A model generated the notes under the pieces. That model saw only the letters and a program-made list of their open reading frames with translations, was not told where the DNA came from and ran no database searches. This document shows, piece after piece, positions 1 through 8,649 of a stretch of 64,000 bases of DNA. Within the stretch, counting starts at the first letter, position 1. Each line of letters starts with the position of its first letter. Position numbers and translations under genes: made by a program. The DNA comes from an uncultured Bacteroidota bacterium (GTDB taxonomy: Bacteria > Bacteroidota > Ignavibacteria > Kryptoniales > JAKASW01): NCBI GenBank assembly GCA_963703365.1, contig OY969815.1, positions 1,152,270 to 1,216,269 of the forward strand, written 5' to 3'.

Positions 1-275
1 GAGTTGCGGATCACCTGAAAGATAAACTTGGATCAGGCGTGATAATCCTCGCGAGCAAGATTCTAGATAAAGCCATGGTTGTTTCAGTAGTTTCTTCCGA
101 TTTGATTTCAGAAAAGCATTTGCACGCAGGAAAGATCGTAAATGAAATGGCGAAGACCATTGGCGGCGGCGGAGGCGGAAGGCCGAACTTTGCCACAGCG
201 GGTGGGAAGGATCAAGAGAAAATTATGGAAGCAGTTAACATGATACCTGAAATAATAAGGCAATTTTTAAAATAG
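1..275 (+). CDS. alaS: alanyl-tRNA synthetase, C-terminal end (5' part lies upstream of the window)
   Basis: Frame 3 is open from the window edge to TAG 273-275. The translation (..LKDKLGSGVIILASK..AGKIVNEMAKTIGGGGGGRPNFATAGGKDQEKI..) has the glycine-run / GGRP..A.AGG tail typical of the AlaRS C-terminal domain. Confidence 0.75.
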   Translation, partial: VADHLKDKLGSGVIILASKILDKAMVVSVVSSDLISEKHLHAGKIVNEMAKTIGGGGGGRPNFATAGGKDQEKIMEAVNMIPEIIRQFLK

Positions 276-282
276 GAGGCTA

Positions 283-1047
283 ATGAAAACTTTCGAATAC
301 TTGCTCGATGTCCGCGAACGGAAGGGTGCTGGATTTTTGCTTTTATTAGACCCCGACAAGCTTGCCGATGAAGACTTGCGACAGGTCGTAAAGCACGCGC
401 AGGAATCCGGTGTAGATGCGTTCCTCGTCGGCAGCAGCTTGATGACTCGCGACATTTTCGAAAGAGTGCTCGGCGAAATAAAAAGGAGCGCGAAGATTCC
501 AGTAATAATTTTTCCGGGGAGTCTCTTTCAGATTTCAAGTCAAGCTGATGCAATTTTGTTTTTGTCTGTGCTTGCTTCACGCAACATCGACCTCATTATC
601 GGAAACCATGTCCATGCTGCGCCTCTCATCCGGCAGCATAAATTGGAAACTATTCCGACCGCATACATCCTTGTGGAATCCGGAAAGATGACTTCTGCCC
701 ATTTTATGTCGGATAGCTTTCCGATTCCTCGCGAAAAGCCCGAAATCGCCATGGCTTATTCGATGGCTGCTGAGATGTTTGGAATGAAAATGATCTACCT
801 CGAGGCCGGCAGCGGGGCCCTTTCCTGCGTGCCGAAGGAGATGGTACAGATGGTTTCAAAGTCTTTGAATATTCCTGTCACCGTCGGAGGTGGAATAAAA
901 AACCCTGAGATTGCAAACCAGCTCGCGTGCGCAGGAGCATCATTTATCGTCACGGGAAACTTTTTCGAAGATAACGGCAACTCCGGTATGCTCAAAGAAT
1001 TTGCGAGAGCAGTCCATTTCAAACAGCGGGAAGGAGTAATTGTCTAA
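283..1047 (+). CDS. geranylgeranylglyceryl / heptaprenylglyceryl phosphate synthase family protein (PcrB/GGGPS)
   Basis: 254-aa ORF with LLLDPDK, FLVGSS, IIFPG, YLEAGSGA and VGGGI motifs in the order seen in the PcrB/GGGPS TIM-barrel family. Confidence 0.75.
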   Translation: MKTFEYLLDVRERKGAGFLLLLDPDKLADEDLRQVVKHAQESGVDAFLVGSSLMTRDIFERVLGEIKRSAKIPVIIFPGSLFQISSQADAILFLSVLASRNIDLIIGNHVHAAPLIRQHKLETIPTAYILVESGKMTSAHFMSDSFPIPREKPEIAMAYSMAAEMFGMKMIYLEAGSGALSCVPKEMVQMVSKSLNIPVTVGGGIKNPEIANQLACAGASFIVTGNFFEDNGNSGMLKEFARAVHFKQREGVIV

Positions 1048-1631
1048 TGATAGACCGGAGTAAATTTATTCGAGAATCGCTTGAAGAAAGTGCAGCTACG
1101 AAGAAAGCTATTCTCAATTTATGCATTGAGGATATATCGCGGGCAGTCACGGTAATCCGGGATGCGCTAAAAAACGACGGCAAAATTTTGTTTTGCGGGA
1201 ATGGTGGAAGCGCCGCCGATTCTCAGCACTTGGCGACTGAATTCACAATTCGTCTGAACCACGATATAAAGCGAAAAGGACTTCCTGCAATTGCTTTAAC
1301 GACAGATACTTCCGCATTGACGGCCGGCGGGAATGATATCGGCTTTGAAAACACTTTTGCCAGACTCGTCGAAGCACTCGGAAGAAAGGGCGACGTGCTC
1401 GTGGGAATTTCTACCAGTGGAAATTCCGAAAACATTTTGCGTGCAGTCGACAAGGCACATGAAAATGAGATGTATGTCGTCGGATTTCTTGGAAAGGACG
1501 GTGGAAAGTTGAAACCACATTGCGATCTTCCAATAGTTGTGCCGTCCGATAATACGCAGCGAATTCAGGAAGGACACATTACAATAGGGCACATCATTGC
1601 GGAACTTGTTGAATTGGAATTGTACGGATGA
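1047..1631 (+). CDS. gmhA: SIS-domain D-sedoheptulose-7-phosphate isomerase
   Basis: The FCGNGGSAADSQHLATEF and GISTSGNS motifs are characteristic of GmhA/DiaA SIS proteins. The start overlaps the upstream stop (TAATG). Confidence 0.8.
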   Translation: MIDRSKFIRESLEESAATKKAILNLCIEDISRAVTVIRDALKNDGKILFCGNGGSAADSQHLATEFTIRLNHDIKRKGLPAIALTTDTSALTAGGNDIGFENTFARLVEALGRKGDVLVGISTSGNSENILRAVDKAHENEMYVVGFLGKDGGKLKPHCDLPIVVPSDNTQRIQEGHITIGHIIAELVELELYG

Positions 1632-1664
1632 ATGGTTTGATTATTTAGTCGGAGATAAACAGTC

Positions 1665-1946
1665 ATGAAACTAAACAAGCAAGAAATAGAATCTCGCGTA
1701 GCGAAATTGCCAGGATGGCGATATTCAGATGAATCAATAATAAAAGATTACAAGCTGAAAGATTTTCAGGATGCGATGGGCTTTGTTGTGAGGGTTGCTC
1801 TCGCTGCCGAGAAGATGGAACACCATCCCGACATAACAATAGAATATAATCGAGTGAAAATAATTCTCACGACTCACAGCGAGGAAGGCGTTACCGTAAA
1901 AGATTTCGACCTCGCCGGGAAAATAGAAAAACTTATCGGAACCTGA
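1665..1946 (+). CDS. 4a-hydroxytetrahydrobiopterin (pterin-4-alpha-carbinolamine) dehydratase
   Basis: 93 aa, with the L.GW....I...Y.F.DF..A..FV..VA..AE...HHPDI..Y..V pattern of the PCD/DCoH family. Confidence 0.8.
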   Translation: MKLNKQEIESRVAKLPGWRYSDESIIKDYKLKDFQDAMGFVVRVALAAEKMEHHPDITIEYNRVKIILTTHSEEGVTVKDFDLAGKIEKLIGT

Positions 1947-2542
1947 TGGAAAAAGAGAAAATTCTTGAGCTTTTCAAATCGACCGGTGCACTTCTATATG
2001 GTCACTTTCGCTTGACAAGTGGGCTTCACAGCCCAGAATATTTTCAGTGTGCGAAAGTCTTGCAATATCCGCAATACAACGAACTTCTTTGCGGTGAGAT
2101 CGCCAGACATTTTTACGACTGGAAAGTAGATCTGGTGATTGCACCGGCGATCGGGGGTATCATGGTCGGACAGGAAGTCGCGAGGCAAATGCGTGTGCGC
2201 GGGATTTTTGCCGAGCGGGAAGATAAGAACATGTCGATTCGGCGCGGCTTCGAAGTGAAACAGGGCGAACGTGTGCTGGTTTGCGAAGATGTCGTCACGA
2301 CCGGCGCAAGTGTGAAGGAAGTAGTTGATATAGTAAAATATTCAGAAGGAGTTGTTGTGGGGGTTTCCTCAATAGTTGATAGGAGCAAAGCGCCAATCAA
2401 CTTTGGCGCGGAATTTTTTTCTCTGCTGAAAATGGGAGTTCCGGTTTATCAGCCGGAGGTTTGTCCGCTCTGCAAGGAAAATATTCCGATAGTTAAACCG
2501 GGGAGCAGAAAAGTAGATGTCGTTCAAAATCCTGGATCATAA
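1946..2542 (+). CDS. pyrE: orotate phosphoribosyltransferase
   Basis: N-terminal GHFRLTSGLHSPEYF and PRPP-binding loop VLVCEDVVTTGAS. The start overlaps the upstream stop (TGATG). Confidence 0.85.
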   Translation: MEKEKILELFKSTGALLYGHFRLTSGLHSPEYFQCAKVLQYPQYNELLCGEIARHFYDWKVDLVIAPAIGGIMVGQEVARQMRVRGIFAEREDKNMSIRRGFEVKQGERVLVCEDVVTTGASVKEVVDIVKYSEGVVVGVSSIVDRSKAPINFGAEFFSLLKMGVPVYQPEVCPLCKENIPIVKPGSRKVDVVQNPGS

Positions 2543-3050
2543 AATTATTTATCGCGGCAAGGTCTTCAACACAATTGTCGACGAAATTGAATATGAATCA
2601 GGTAACAAATCTGTGCGTGAGGTTGCCGAACATCCTGGTGGCGCGGTTGTTTTGCCGTTACTCGCCGACGGTAGGATCATATTTGTTCATCAGTTTCGTT
2701 ATCCTTTGAATCAATATATGTACGAACTTCCCGCTGGCAAGCTTGAGCGGAACGAACGTCCTGAAGTTTGTGCAAAACGGGAGCTTGAGGAAGAAACTGG
2801 ATACACCACGGAACGACTTGATAAGCTCACCGCGATTTACACTTCGCCGGGGTTCTGTAATGAAAAGCTGCACATCTTCATTGCGCGTGATCTGCGCAAA
2901 GGAAAACAAAATCTTGAAGAAGGTGAACTTGGGTTAACATTGAAATTTATTCCGATGAATGAAGCATTTCACATGGTAAAGACGAACGAGATCGTGGATG
3001 CGAAAACCATCGCAGGGCTTTTCTTTCTTGAAAAGTTTTCCGCTACTTAA
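2517..3050 (+). CDS. NUDIX hydrolase, ADP-ribose pyrophosphatase-like
   Basis: Nudix box GKLERNERPEVCAKRELEEETGY and an N-terminal ..IYRGKVF.. segment as in ADP-ribose pyrophosphatases. It overlaps the pyrE end by 26 nt. Confidence 0.8.
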   Translation: MSFKILDHKIIYRGKVFNTIVDEIEYESGNKSVREVAEHPGGAVVLPLLADGRIIFVHQFRYPLNQYMYELPAGKLERNERPEVCAKRELEEETGYTTERLDKLTAIYTSPGFCNEKLHIFIARDLRKGKQNLEEGELGLTLKFIPMNEAFHMVKTNEIVDAKTIAGLFFLEKFSAT

Positions 3051-4357
3051 TGTTCACTCCTTATGAAATAATCCGCAAGAAGCGCGAAGGACAAAATCTC
3101 TCGAAAGAAGAAATAGAATCTTTCATTAAGCAATATACTTCCCGGAAAATTCCAGATTATCAGGTTTCGTCTCTACTGATGGCAATATTCTTCAGAGGTA
3201 TGAGCGATGACGAACTTCTGTATTTGATGTGTGCCATGATGGAGACGGGCGTTGTTGCGGACTTGTCGGACATTCCTGGCTTCAAGGCAGACAAGCATTC
3301 GACAGGCGGGGTTGGAGACAAGATTTCGTTACTCCTTGCACCTCTTGCCGCAGCTTGTGGAATAAAAGTTCCGATGGTTTCCGGAAGAGGATTAGGCCAT
3401 ACAGGTGGAACGATTGACAAATTGGAATCGATACCTGGCTTTCACACGAAGTTATCGTTAGCGGAATATAAAAAGATATTAAAGAAGACTGGGCTGGTGA
3501 TGAGCGCACAATCGGATGCGTTTGTTCCCGCCGACCGCATACTTTATGCACTGCGCGACGTCACAGCAACTGTCGAATCTATTCCTTTGATTGCGTCCAG
3601 CATAATGAGCAAGAAGCTCGCAGAGGGAATTGATGCGCTCGTGTTGGATGTGAAAATCGGGAACGGTGCATTTATCAGAAATGCTGATGCAGCGCGAGAC
3701 CTTGGAAAGAAAATGGTACACATCGGAAAACTATACGGGAAAAAAGTTGCTGCATATTTGACTGAGATGAGTCAGCCATTGGGCAGGGAAGTCGGCAATT
3801 GGATTGAAGTTGTCGAGGCACTGGAACTCCTCCGTGGAGAATCTGAGATATATGACGTTATTAAATTAACGACGACGCTTACCGCCGAAATGATCTCTCT
3901 TTGTACAGGGGAGAATTTTTCTGCTGCGGAAGAACGAGTCAAGCGTGCGATTGATTCGGGAGCGGGGTACACAAAATTTATCGAGATGGTACACGCTCAA
4001 GGCGGCAACGTTAAGATCGTTGAAAATCCATCGAAATACAAAAAGCCGAAGTTTATCCGTGAAGTGAAATCGTTGAAGAGCGGTTATGTCTCATCAATTG
4101 ACACTTTTAAGATCGGGATGGCTGCGGTTAAACTTGGAGCCGGCCGATTAAAGATTGGTGATAAGATTGATCCTGTTGTTGGAATTTCTATATTGAAAAA
4201 AATTGGGGACAAGGTTTCGAGTAGAGACATTATCTCTATTGTTTATGCAAATGATGATGCTCGCTCGAAGTCGGCAGCTGAAGAAATTAAATCAGCTTAT
4301 GAACTCTCGGACGTGAAGCCGAAGAAACCTGAGTTGATCAGGGACAGAATCGGATGA
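3050..4357 (+). CDS. deoA: pyrimidine-nucleoside / thymidine phosphorylase
   Basis: 435 aa with DKHSTGGVGDK, SGRGLGHTGGTIDKLESIPG and a C-terminal alpha/beta domain. I cannot separate thymidine phosphorylase from broad pyrimidine-nucleoside phosphorylase by eye. Confidence 0.85.
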   Translation: MFTPYEIIRKKREGQNLSKEEIESFIKQYTSRKIPDYQVSSLLMAIFFRGMSDDELLYLMCAMMETGVVADLSDIPGFKADKHSTGGVGDKISLLLAPLAAACGIKVPMVSGRGLGHTGGTIDKLESIPGFHTKLSLAEYKKILKKTGLVMSAQSDAFVPADRILYALRDVTATVESIPLIASSIMSKKLAEGIDALVLDVKIGNGAFIRNADAARDLGKKMVHIGKLYGKKVAAYLTEMSQPLGREVGNWIEVVEALELLRGESEIYDVIKLTTTLTAEMISLCTGENFSAAEERVKRAIDSGAGYTKFIEMVHAQGGNVKIVENPSKYKKPKFIREVKSLKSGYVSSIDTFKIGMAAVKLGAGRLKIGDKIDPVVGISILKKIGDKVSSRDIISIVYANDDARSKSAAEEIKSAYELSDVKPKKPELIRDRIG

Positions 4358-4679
4358 AGAAGATCATCATGTACCAGAAGTCAACTTGCGGAACATGTAA
4401 GAAAGAGAAAGCTTACTTGGCTAAGGTAAAGATTTCTTTTGATGAGATTGACATTGTCACAAATGCGCCGCCGGGGGATTTCTTGGAACTGAATATTGAT
4501 GAGAACAATCTCGACAGATTCATTAACAAGCATTCGAAACAATATCAGGAATTTGGTCTTGCCAAGAAAAAAGTAAGCAAGACAGAGTTAATTAATCCAA
4601 TGTAAAAGATTTAAGCCTTATTAAACGTCCGATCTTGATCGACGGAAAAAAGATTTTGTTCGGATACAACGAGATATGA
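4354..4679 (+). pseudogene. ArsC/Spx-family (arsenate reductase-like thioredoxin fold) gene interrupted by a frameshift
   Basis: ORF 4354-4605 (MYQKSTCGTCKKEKAYL...) stops after ..TELINPM. The conserved family C-terminus SLIKRPILIDGKKILFGYNEI* is encoded in another frame at 4614-4679. The shift must lie near 4590-4613. Confidence 0.6.
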
Positions 4680-4686
4680 ATTACCT

Positions 4687-5721
4687 GTGTTGACGAAAAA
4701 TATCGTCGTATATTTGAGTTTGATTTTATGGGTTCAGCCGGGACAATCTGGCTGGGCACAGTTGCGGGATTCTTCAGCTAATCTCGATGAGATGATAAGC
4801 TCCACTCTTGATGATACTTACAGTTACAAATTCGATAACGCTATAAAGACAACAGATAATATTATCAAAACTTTTCCTGATGATCCAGAAGGTTATCTCT
4901 ACAAATGCGGCGTTTATTGGAAGATGCTAGAAGAAGGCTGCGTCGGACCAGTCGACAGCACAAACCACGAAATTAAACTGCTTATCGACAAAGCCTGTGC
5001 GCTAGCTGCGGAAAAGGTTCATGCGAACCCGAATGATATAATGGCACACTTTTATTATGCCGGATCACTCGTTTACCGCGCACGGTATGAAACGATGAGC
5101 CATGATTGGTTTGCGGTGATGTCGGATGGAATCAAAGCAAAAAAAATATTGGAGGAAGCTATTGAGATCGGTCCGAGTTTTTACGATGCTTATTCGGGAA
5201 TAGGCGCATTCAATTATTATACGACGTGTATTCCATGGTACTTAAAACCGCTTGCGTTTGTTCTGGGGGTAAGCGGAAACGATGATGAAGGAATTGCTCA
5301 ATTGAAGAAAGCCGCTCAATTCGGGAAGTATACAAAGATCGAAGCAGCCGTATTTCTCGCTTCGGTGGTTTATGTAAATAAAGAGGATTACTCAAGCGCC
5401 GCGAAACTGATGCTCGAGCTGCACCGACAATACCCAAATAATCTCGATTTTATTAAGAACCTGTGCCATGATGATTATGAAATGCAGAATTACTCCGATG
5501 TTGTCAATTTGGCGAATTCTGCATTGGAGATGAATGATGCAATCGGTTTGTGTCATCAAAATACCCTGGGCTTTATAAGGTTTTATAGGGGTGAATCGTA
5601 TGAAAAATTGGACGAGAAAAATAAAGCAATCGCCGACTATGAGATTGTCGTGAAAATAAACGGAAATGGTTACTCGGGCAAGGAAGCAAAAGCGGCACTG
5701 GAGAAACTGAGAAGTCAGTAA
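4687..5721 (+). CDS. secreted TPR-like repeat protein, function unknown
   Basis: GTG start and a hydrophobic N-terminus (IVVYLSLILWVQPGQSGWA). Helical-repeat character and a C-terminal TPR-like ..AIADYEIVVKING..GKEAKAALEKL. Confidence 0.5.
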   Translation: MLTKNIVVYLSLILWVQPGQSGWAQLRDSSANLDEMISSTLDDTYSYKFDNAIKTTDNIIKTFPDDPEGYLYKCGVYWKMLEEGCVGPVDSTNHEIKLLIDKACALAAEKVHANPNDIMAHFYYAGSLVYRARYETMSHDWFAVMSDGIKAKKILEEAIEIGPSFYDAYSGIGAFNYYTTCIPWYLKPLAFVLGVSGNDDEGIAQLKKAAQFGKYTKIEAAVFLASVVYVNKEDYSSAAKLMLELHRQYPNNLDFIKNLCHDDYEMQNYSDVVNLANSALEMNDAIGLCHQNTLGFIRFYRGESYEKLDEKNKAIADYEIVVKINGNGYSGKEAKAALEKLRSQ

Positions 5722-5768
5722 GCAAGTTTATTGGGAATCCAATTGCCATTTCTTTTGTTGTCTGAATT

Positions 5769-6212
5769 ATGCCGCTAAAGATTGGTGACATAGCACCGGA
5801 TTTCGAATTGCAAGCAACTGGCGGGAAAATATTTCGTCTCAGCAGAAGCTTGAGCGATGGGAAATTAGTCCTGTATTTTTATCCGAAAGATTTCACACCT
5901 GGTTGCACAACAGAAGCCTGTGCCTTCCGCGATGAATTTTCGGAACTGAGAAAATCTGAAATAAAGGTATTCGGAATCAGCACCGACACGATTAATAGTC
6001 ACGAAAAGTTCAAGAAGCAGCATCGACTTCCATTCGAGTTGCTTTCGGACTTGAACGGTGAAGTCGCACGTTTGTACGGAGTATATAACAGGCTTTTCAG
6101 AATCGCGAATCGTGTTACCTTTATTATTAACAGCCATGGGAAAATTTTGGGCATAACCAAAAACATGTTTGTTCCGATGGCACACATCAAGGCGGCCAAA
6201 TCAATTGGATGA
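5769..6212 (+). CDS. bcp: thiol peroxidase / peroxiredoxin, Bcp type
   Basis: LYFYPKDFTPGCTTEACAFRD active-site motif, 147 aa. Confidence 0.85.
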   Translation: MPLKIGDIAPDFELQATGGKIFRLSRSLSDGKLVLYFYPKDFTPGCTTEACAFRDEFSELRKSEIKVFGISTDTINSHEKFKKQHRLPFELLSDLNGEVARLYGVYNRLFRIANRVTFIINSHGKILGITKNMFVPMAHIKAAKSIG

Positions 6213-6502
6213 AAAATGAAGGTGAGCTTGTTTCGGCGTTCGATGAGATTATCGAAGGGAAATTTGTAAACAGGAGCGTTCACGACCTGAATCATGAGGG
6301 AGTCGATCTCACTCATCTCTTCATCGGGCGATTGAAGTCGCACAGGTTCGTCGAGAAACGCGTCGGCGAAATTGAATTGCAATTTGAAGAACGAGTACCG
6401 GCATTTGCAATCAGGAAAGGGAAGGCGAAAGGCTGTTCGTCAGGGAATAAGAGTTATTCGGCTTTGAAATTTTTTTTCAACACTTCAATCATCTGTTCGT
6501 GA
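6209..6502 (+). CDS. possible small protein of unknown function (coding status uncertain)
   Basis: 97-aa ORF whose ATG overlaps the bcp stop (ATGA). Codon first positions are purine/G-rich. Its 3' end would overlap the convergent suhB by 49 nt, and I recognise no motif. Confidence 0.25.
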   Translation: MKNEGELVSAFDEIIEGKFVNRSVHDLNHEGVDLTHLFIGRLKSHRFVEKRVGEIELQFEERVPAFAIRKGKAKGCSSGNKSYSALKFFFNTSIICS

Positions 6503-7233
6503 ATTAATCCGTTTGAGAGAAGAATATTTTTTTGATAGATGCTGTACCTGCCGCCGGTAAAATCCGAAACCTTACCGCCAGCTTCCGTCGTTATCAAAAC
6601 AGCAGCTGCCGTGTCCCATGGATGGAGATTTACTTCCCAAAATCCGTCGAGCCTTCCTGCAGCTACATAGCAAATATCCAGAGCGGCAGAACCTAATCGT
6701 CGTACTGCCTGCGCGCGGATCAGGAATTCCTCGAAGTGCTGAATACAATTAAACGGATTATGTTTTATGTCGTAGGGAAATCCGGTTGCCAGCATCGAGC
6801 GTTTGAGATTGTCAGCAGTCGTGACCTTAATTTTACTCCCGTTCAGAAAGGCACCGGTTCCTCTTTCCGCCCAGAAGAGCTCGTCGAAATTCGGATCGTA
6901 GACGACGCCTGCAACGACTTCACCTTTATGTTCGACCGCTATCGATACGCAATAGACTGGATAGGCATGCGTGAAGTTTGTTGTTCCGTCCAAGGGGTCG
7001 ATGATCCATCTGAATTCCGATAAGGGTAATGATGCGCCGCTCTCCTCGGCAAGAATGCCGTGGTCCGGGAAGTATTTTTCGATGAATGATTTTATCATTG
7101 TTTCTGAACCCTTGTCGATGTTCGTGACAAGGTTTGTAAAAGATTCCTTCTCGTCTATTTGCGAAATTTTCCCTTCATTCTCTTTCAGAAATTTTCCTGC
7201 ATCTTTTGCAATTTCAATTATCTTATCGAGCAT
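6454..7233 (-). CDS. suhB: inositol monophosphatase family protein
   Basis: AEESG, WIIDPLDGTTNF and WDTAAA motifs. ATG 7233 (MLDKIIEIAKD..) with AAGGAC 4 nt upstream is preferred over the TTG 7263 used by the ORF track. Confidence 0.8.
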   Translation of the reverse strand: MLDKIIEIAKDAGKFLKENEGKISQIDEKESFTNLVTNIDKGSETMIKSFIEKYFPDHGILAEESGASLPLSEFRWIIDPLDGTTNFTHAYPVYCVSIAVEHKGEVVAGVVYDPNFDELFWAERGTGAFLNGSKIKVTTADNLKRSMLATGFPYDIKHNPFNCIQHFEEFLIRAQAVRRLGSAALDICYVAAGRLDGFWEVNLHPWDTAAAVLITTEAGGKVSDFTGGRYSIYQKNILLSNGLIHEQMIEVLKKNFKAE

Positions 7234-7297
7234 TATTGTCCTTTTTTTCAATTGCGATTTCAATTATTCTATCAAGCATTATTGTCCTTTTTTAATT
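7206..7297. repeat. 46-bp tandem duplication of the suhB ribosome-binding site, start codon and first 9 codons
   Basis: 7206-7251 (ttgcaatttcaattatcttatcgagcattattgtcctttttttcaa) versus 7252-7297 (ttgcgatttcaattattctatcaagcattattgtccttttttaat). There are about 5 mismatches plus one T-run length difference. Confidence 0.85.
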
Positions 7298-7434
7298 TAA
7301 GAATTCTTGGCTGAAAATTAAGGAGGAAATTTCAACCAGCCAAAGTTTTGCAGGCAAATGCTTATGATAAATTAGAAAGTGGAGAGAGCACTTTGCTCAC
7401 AAAAGTCTTATAAAACTGAAGGTTTACTTATCTC

Positions 7435-7812
7435 ATGGCAACTGTACTAATCGTTGAAGACCAAGATGAAATTAAGGCTCTCTTGGAGTTCAAATTGAAA
7501 AGCTCGGGATATGATGTCATTCTCGCCGAGAACGGGAAAAAGTGTATTGAGGTCGCCCGGAAGAACCCGCCTGATCTAATTGTGCTTGATATGATGATGC
7601 CGGTAATGAACGGTTTCGATACTCTTGCGAATTTGAAAAAAGATCCTAAGCTGCAGGCAATCCCAGCAATAATTGTTTCGGCCAAATCAACGGAGCAGGA
7701 TATTGTGAAAGCGCTGGAACTAGGTGCGGACGACTACATAACCAAGCCGTTCAGTCCGCAAGTTTTTATTGCCAGAGTCAAAGCAGTGTTGCGTAGATGC
7801 CAGCACTCCTGA
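7435..7812 (+). CDS. single-domain response regulator (CheY-like receiver)
   Basis: VLIVEDQDE, DLIVLDMMMPVMNG, IIVSAKS and DDYITKPF receiver motifs. There is no output domain. Confidence 0.85.
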   Translation: MATVLIVEDQDEIKALLEFKLKSSGYDVILAENGKKCIEVARKNPPDLIVLDMMMPVMNGFDTLANLKKDPKLQAIPAIIVSAKSTEQDIVKALELGADDYITKPFSPQVFIARVKAVLRRCQHS

Positions 7813-8034
7813 CGTGGCAGCTTCGCTAGAAATCTGCCTGCAAAATAGTCCCCTTTTGTTTAAACAGGAAGCACGTCTACAGTCCGCCTTTTAGGCTGAT
7901 CGAGGCAGCCGTTCGGAACCTTAATATCATCCCATTTTCTCTGCGAATTTGTAAGGTAGGATAGACAAATGGTACGCCATTACGTGGGCCTGGAATATTA
8001 GCTGGATAATGTACACCTCGTCAGTTGCAGTGAA

Positions 8035-8649
8035 TTGATTGATTTTAAGTTTTCAAGAAAATATATTCTCATTGTGATTGAAGCCCGACCTAAGGTTCCC
8101 ACCAGAGAGGAAGCGGAGAGGCTCCTCTTCGAATATACGAAGACAGACAGCTTGCGAAAGCATGCATTTGCAGTTGAGGCTGTAATGCGCGCCTATGCAA
8201 AGAAATTTAATGAAAATGAAGAAGAGTGGGGTATCGCCGGGCTTCTTCATGACTTCGATTACGAAATGTATCCGACTGCTGATCAGCATCCTTTTGTTGG
8301 CAGCAAAATACTTACGGAGAAAGGCTATCCTGAAAATATCCGCAAAGCCATCATGGGACACGCGCCTTACACGAGGGTGGAGAGAGAAACGAAGATGGCG
8401 AAATGTTTATTTGCATGTGATGAGCTTAGTGGGTTCATAATCGCGGTCGCTTTGGTTCGTCCAACAAAGTTTGAGGGACTCGAGCCGAGTTCAGTGAAGA
8501 AAAAACTTAAGGACAAAGCGTTTGTGAGAAGTGTGAGTCGCGATGACATAAAAAATGGAATTTCGGAATTTGGATTCGCAGAAGATGGACATATTTCTTT
8601 TATGATAAAAGTTTTGCAGGAAAACGCATCAGCATTGGGATTGGCTTAG
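8035..8649 (+). CDS. HD-domain metal-dependent phosphohydrolase family protein
   Basis: KHAFAVEAVMRAYA ... GLLHDFDYE ... MGHAPY, typical of HD/HDIG hydrolases. The true start may be GTG 8074 (VIEARPKVPTREEA..). Confidence 0.7.
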   Translation: MIDFKFSRKYILIVIEARPKVPTREEAERLLFEYTKTDSLRKHAFAVEAVMRAYAKKFNENEEEWGIAGLLHDFDYEMYPTADQHPFVGSKILTEKGYPENIRKAIMGHAPYTRVERETKMAKCLFACDELSGFIIAVALVRPTKFEGLEPSSVKKKLKDKAFVRSVSRDDIKNGISEFGFAEDGHISFMIKVLQENASALGLA

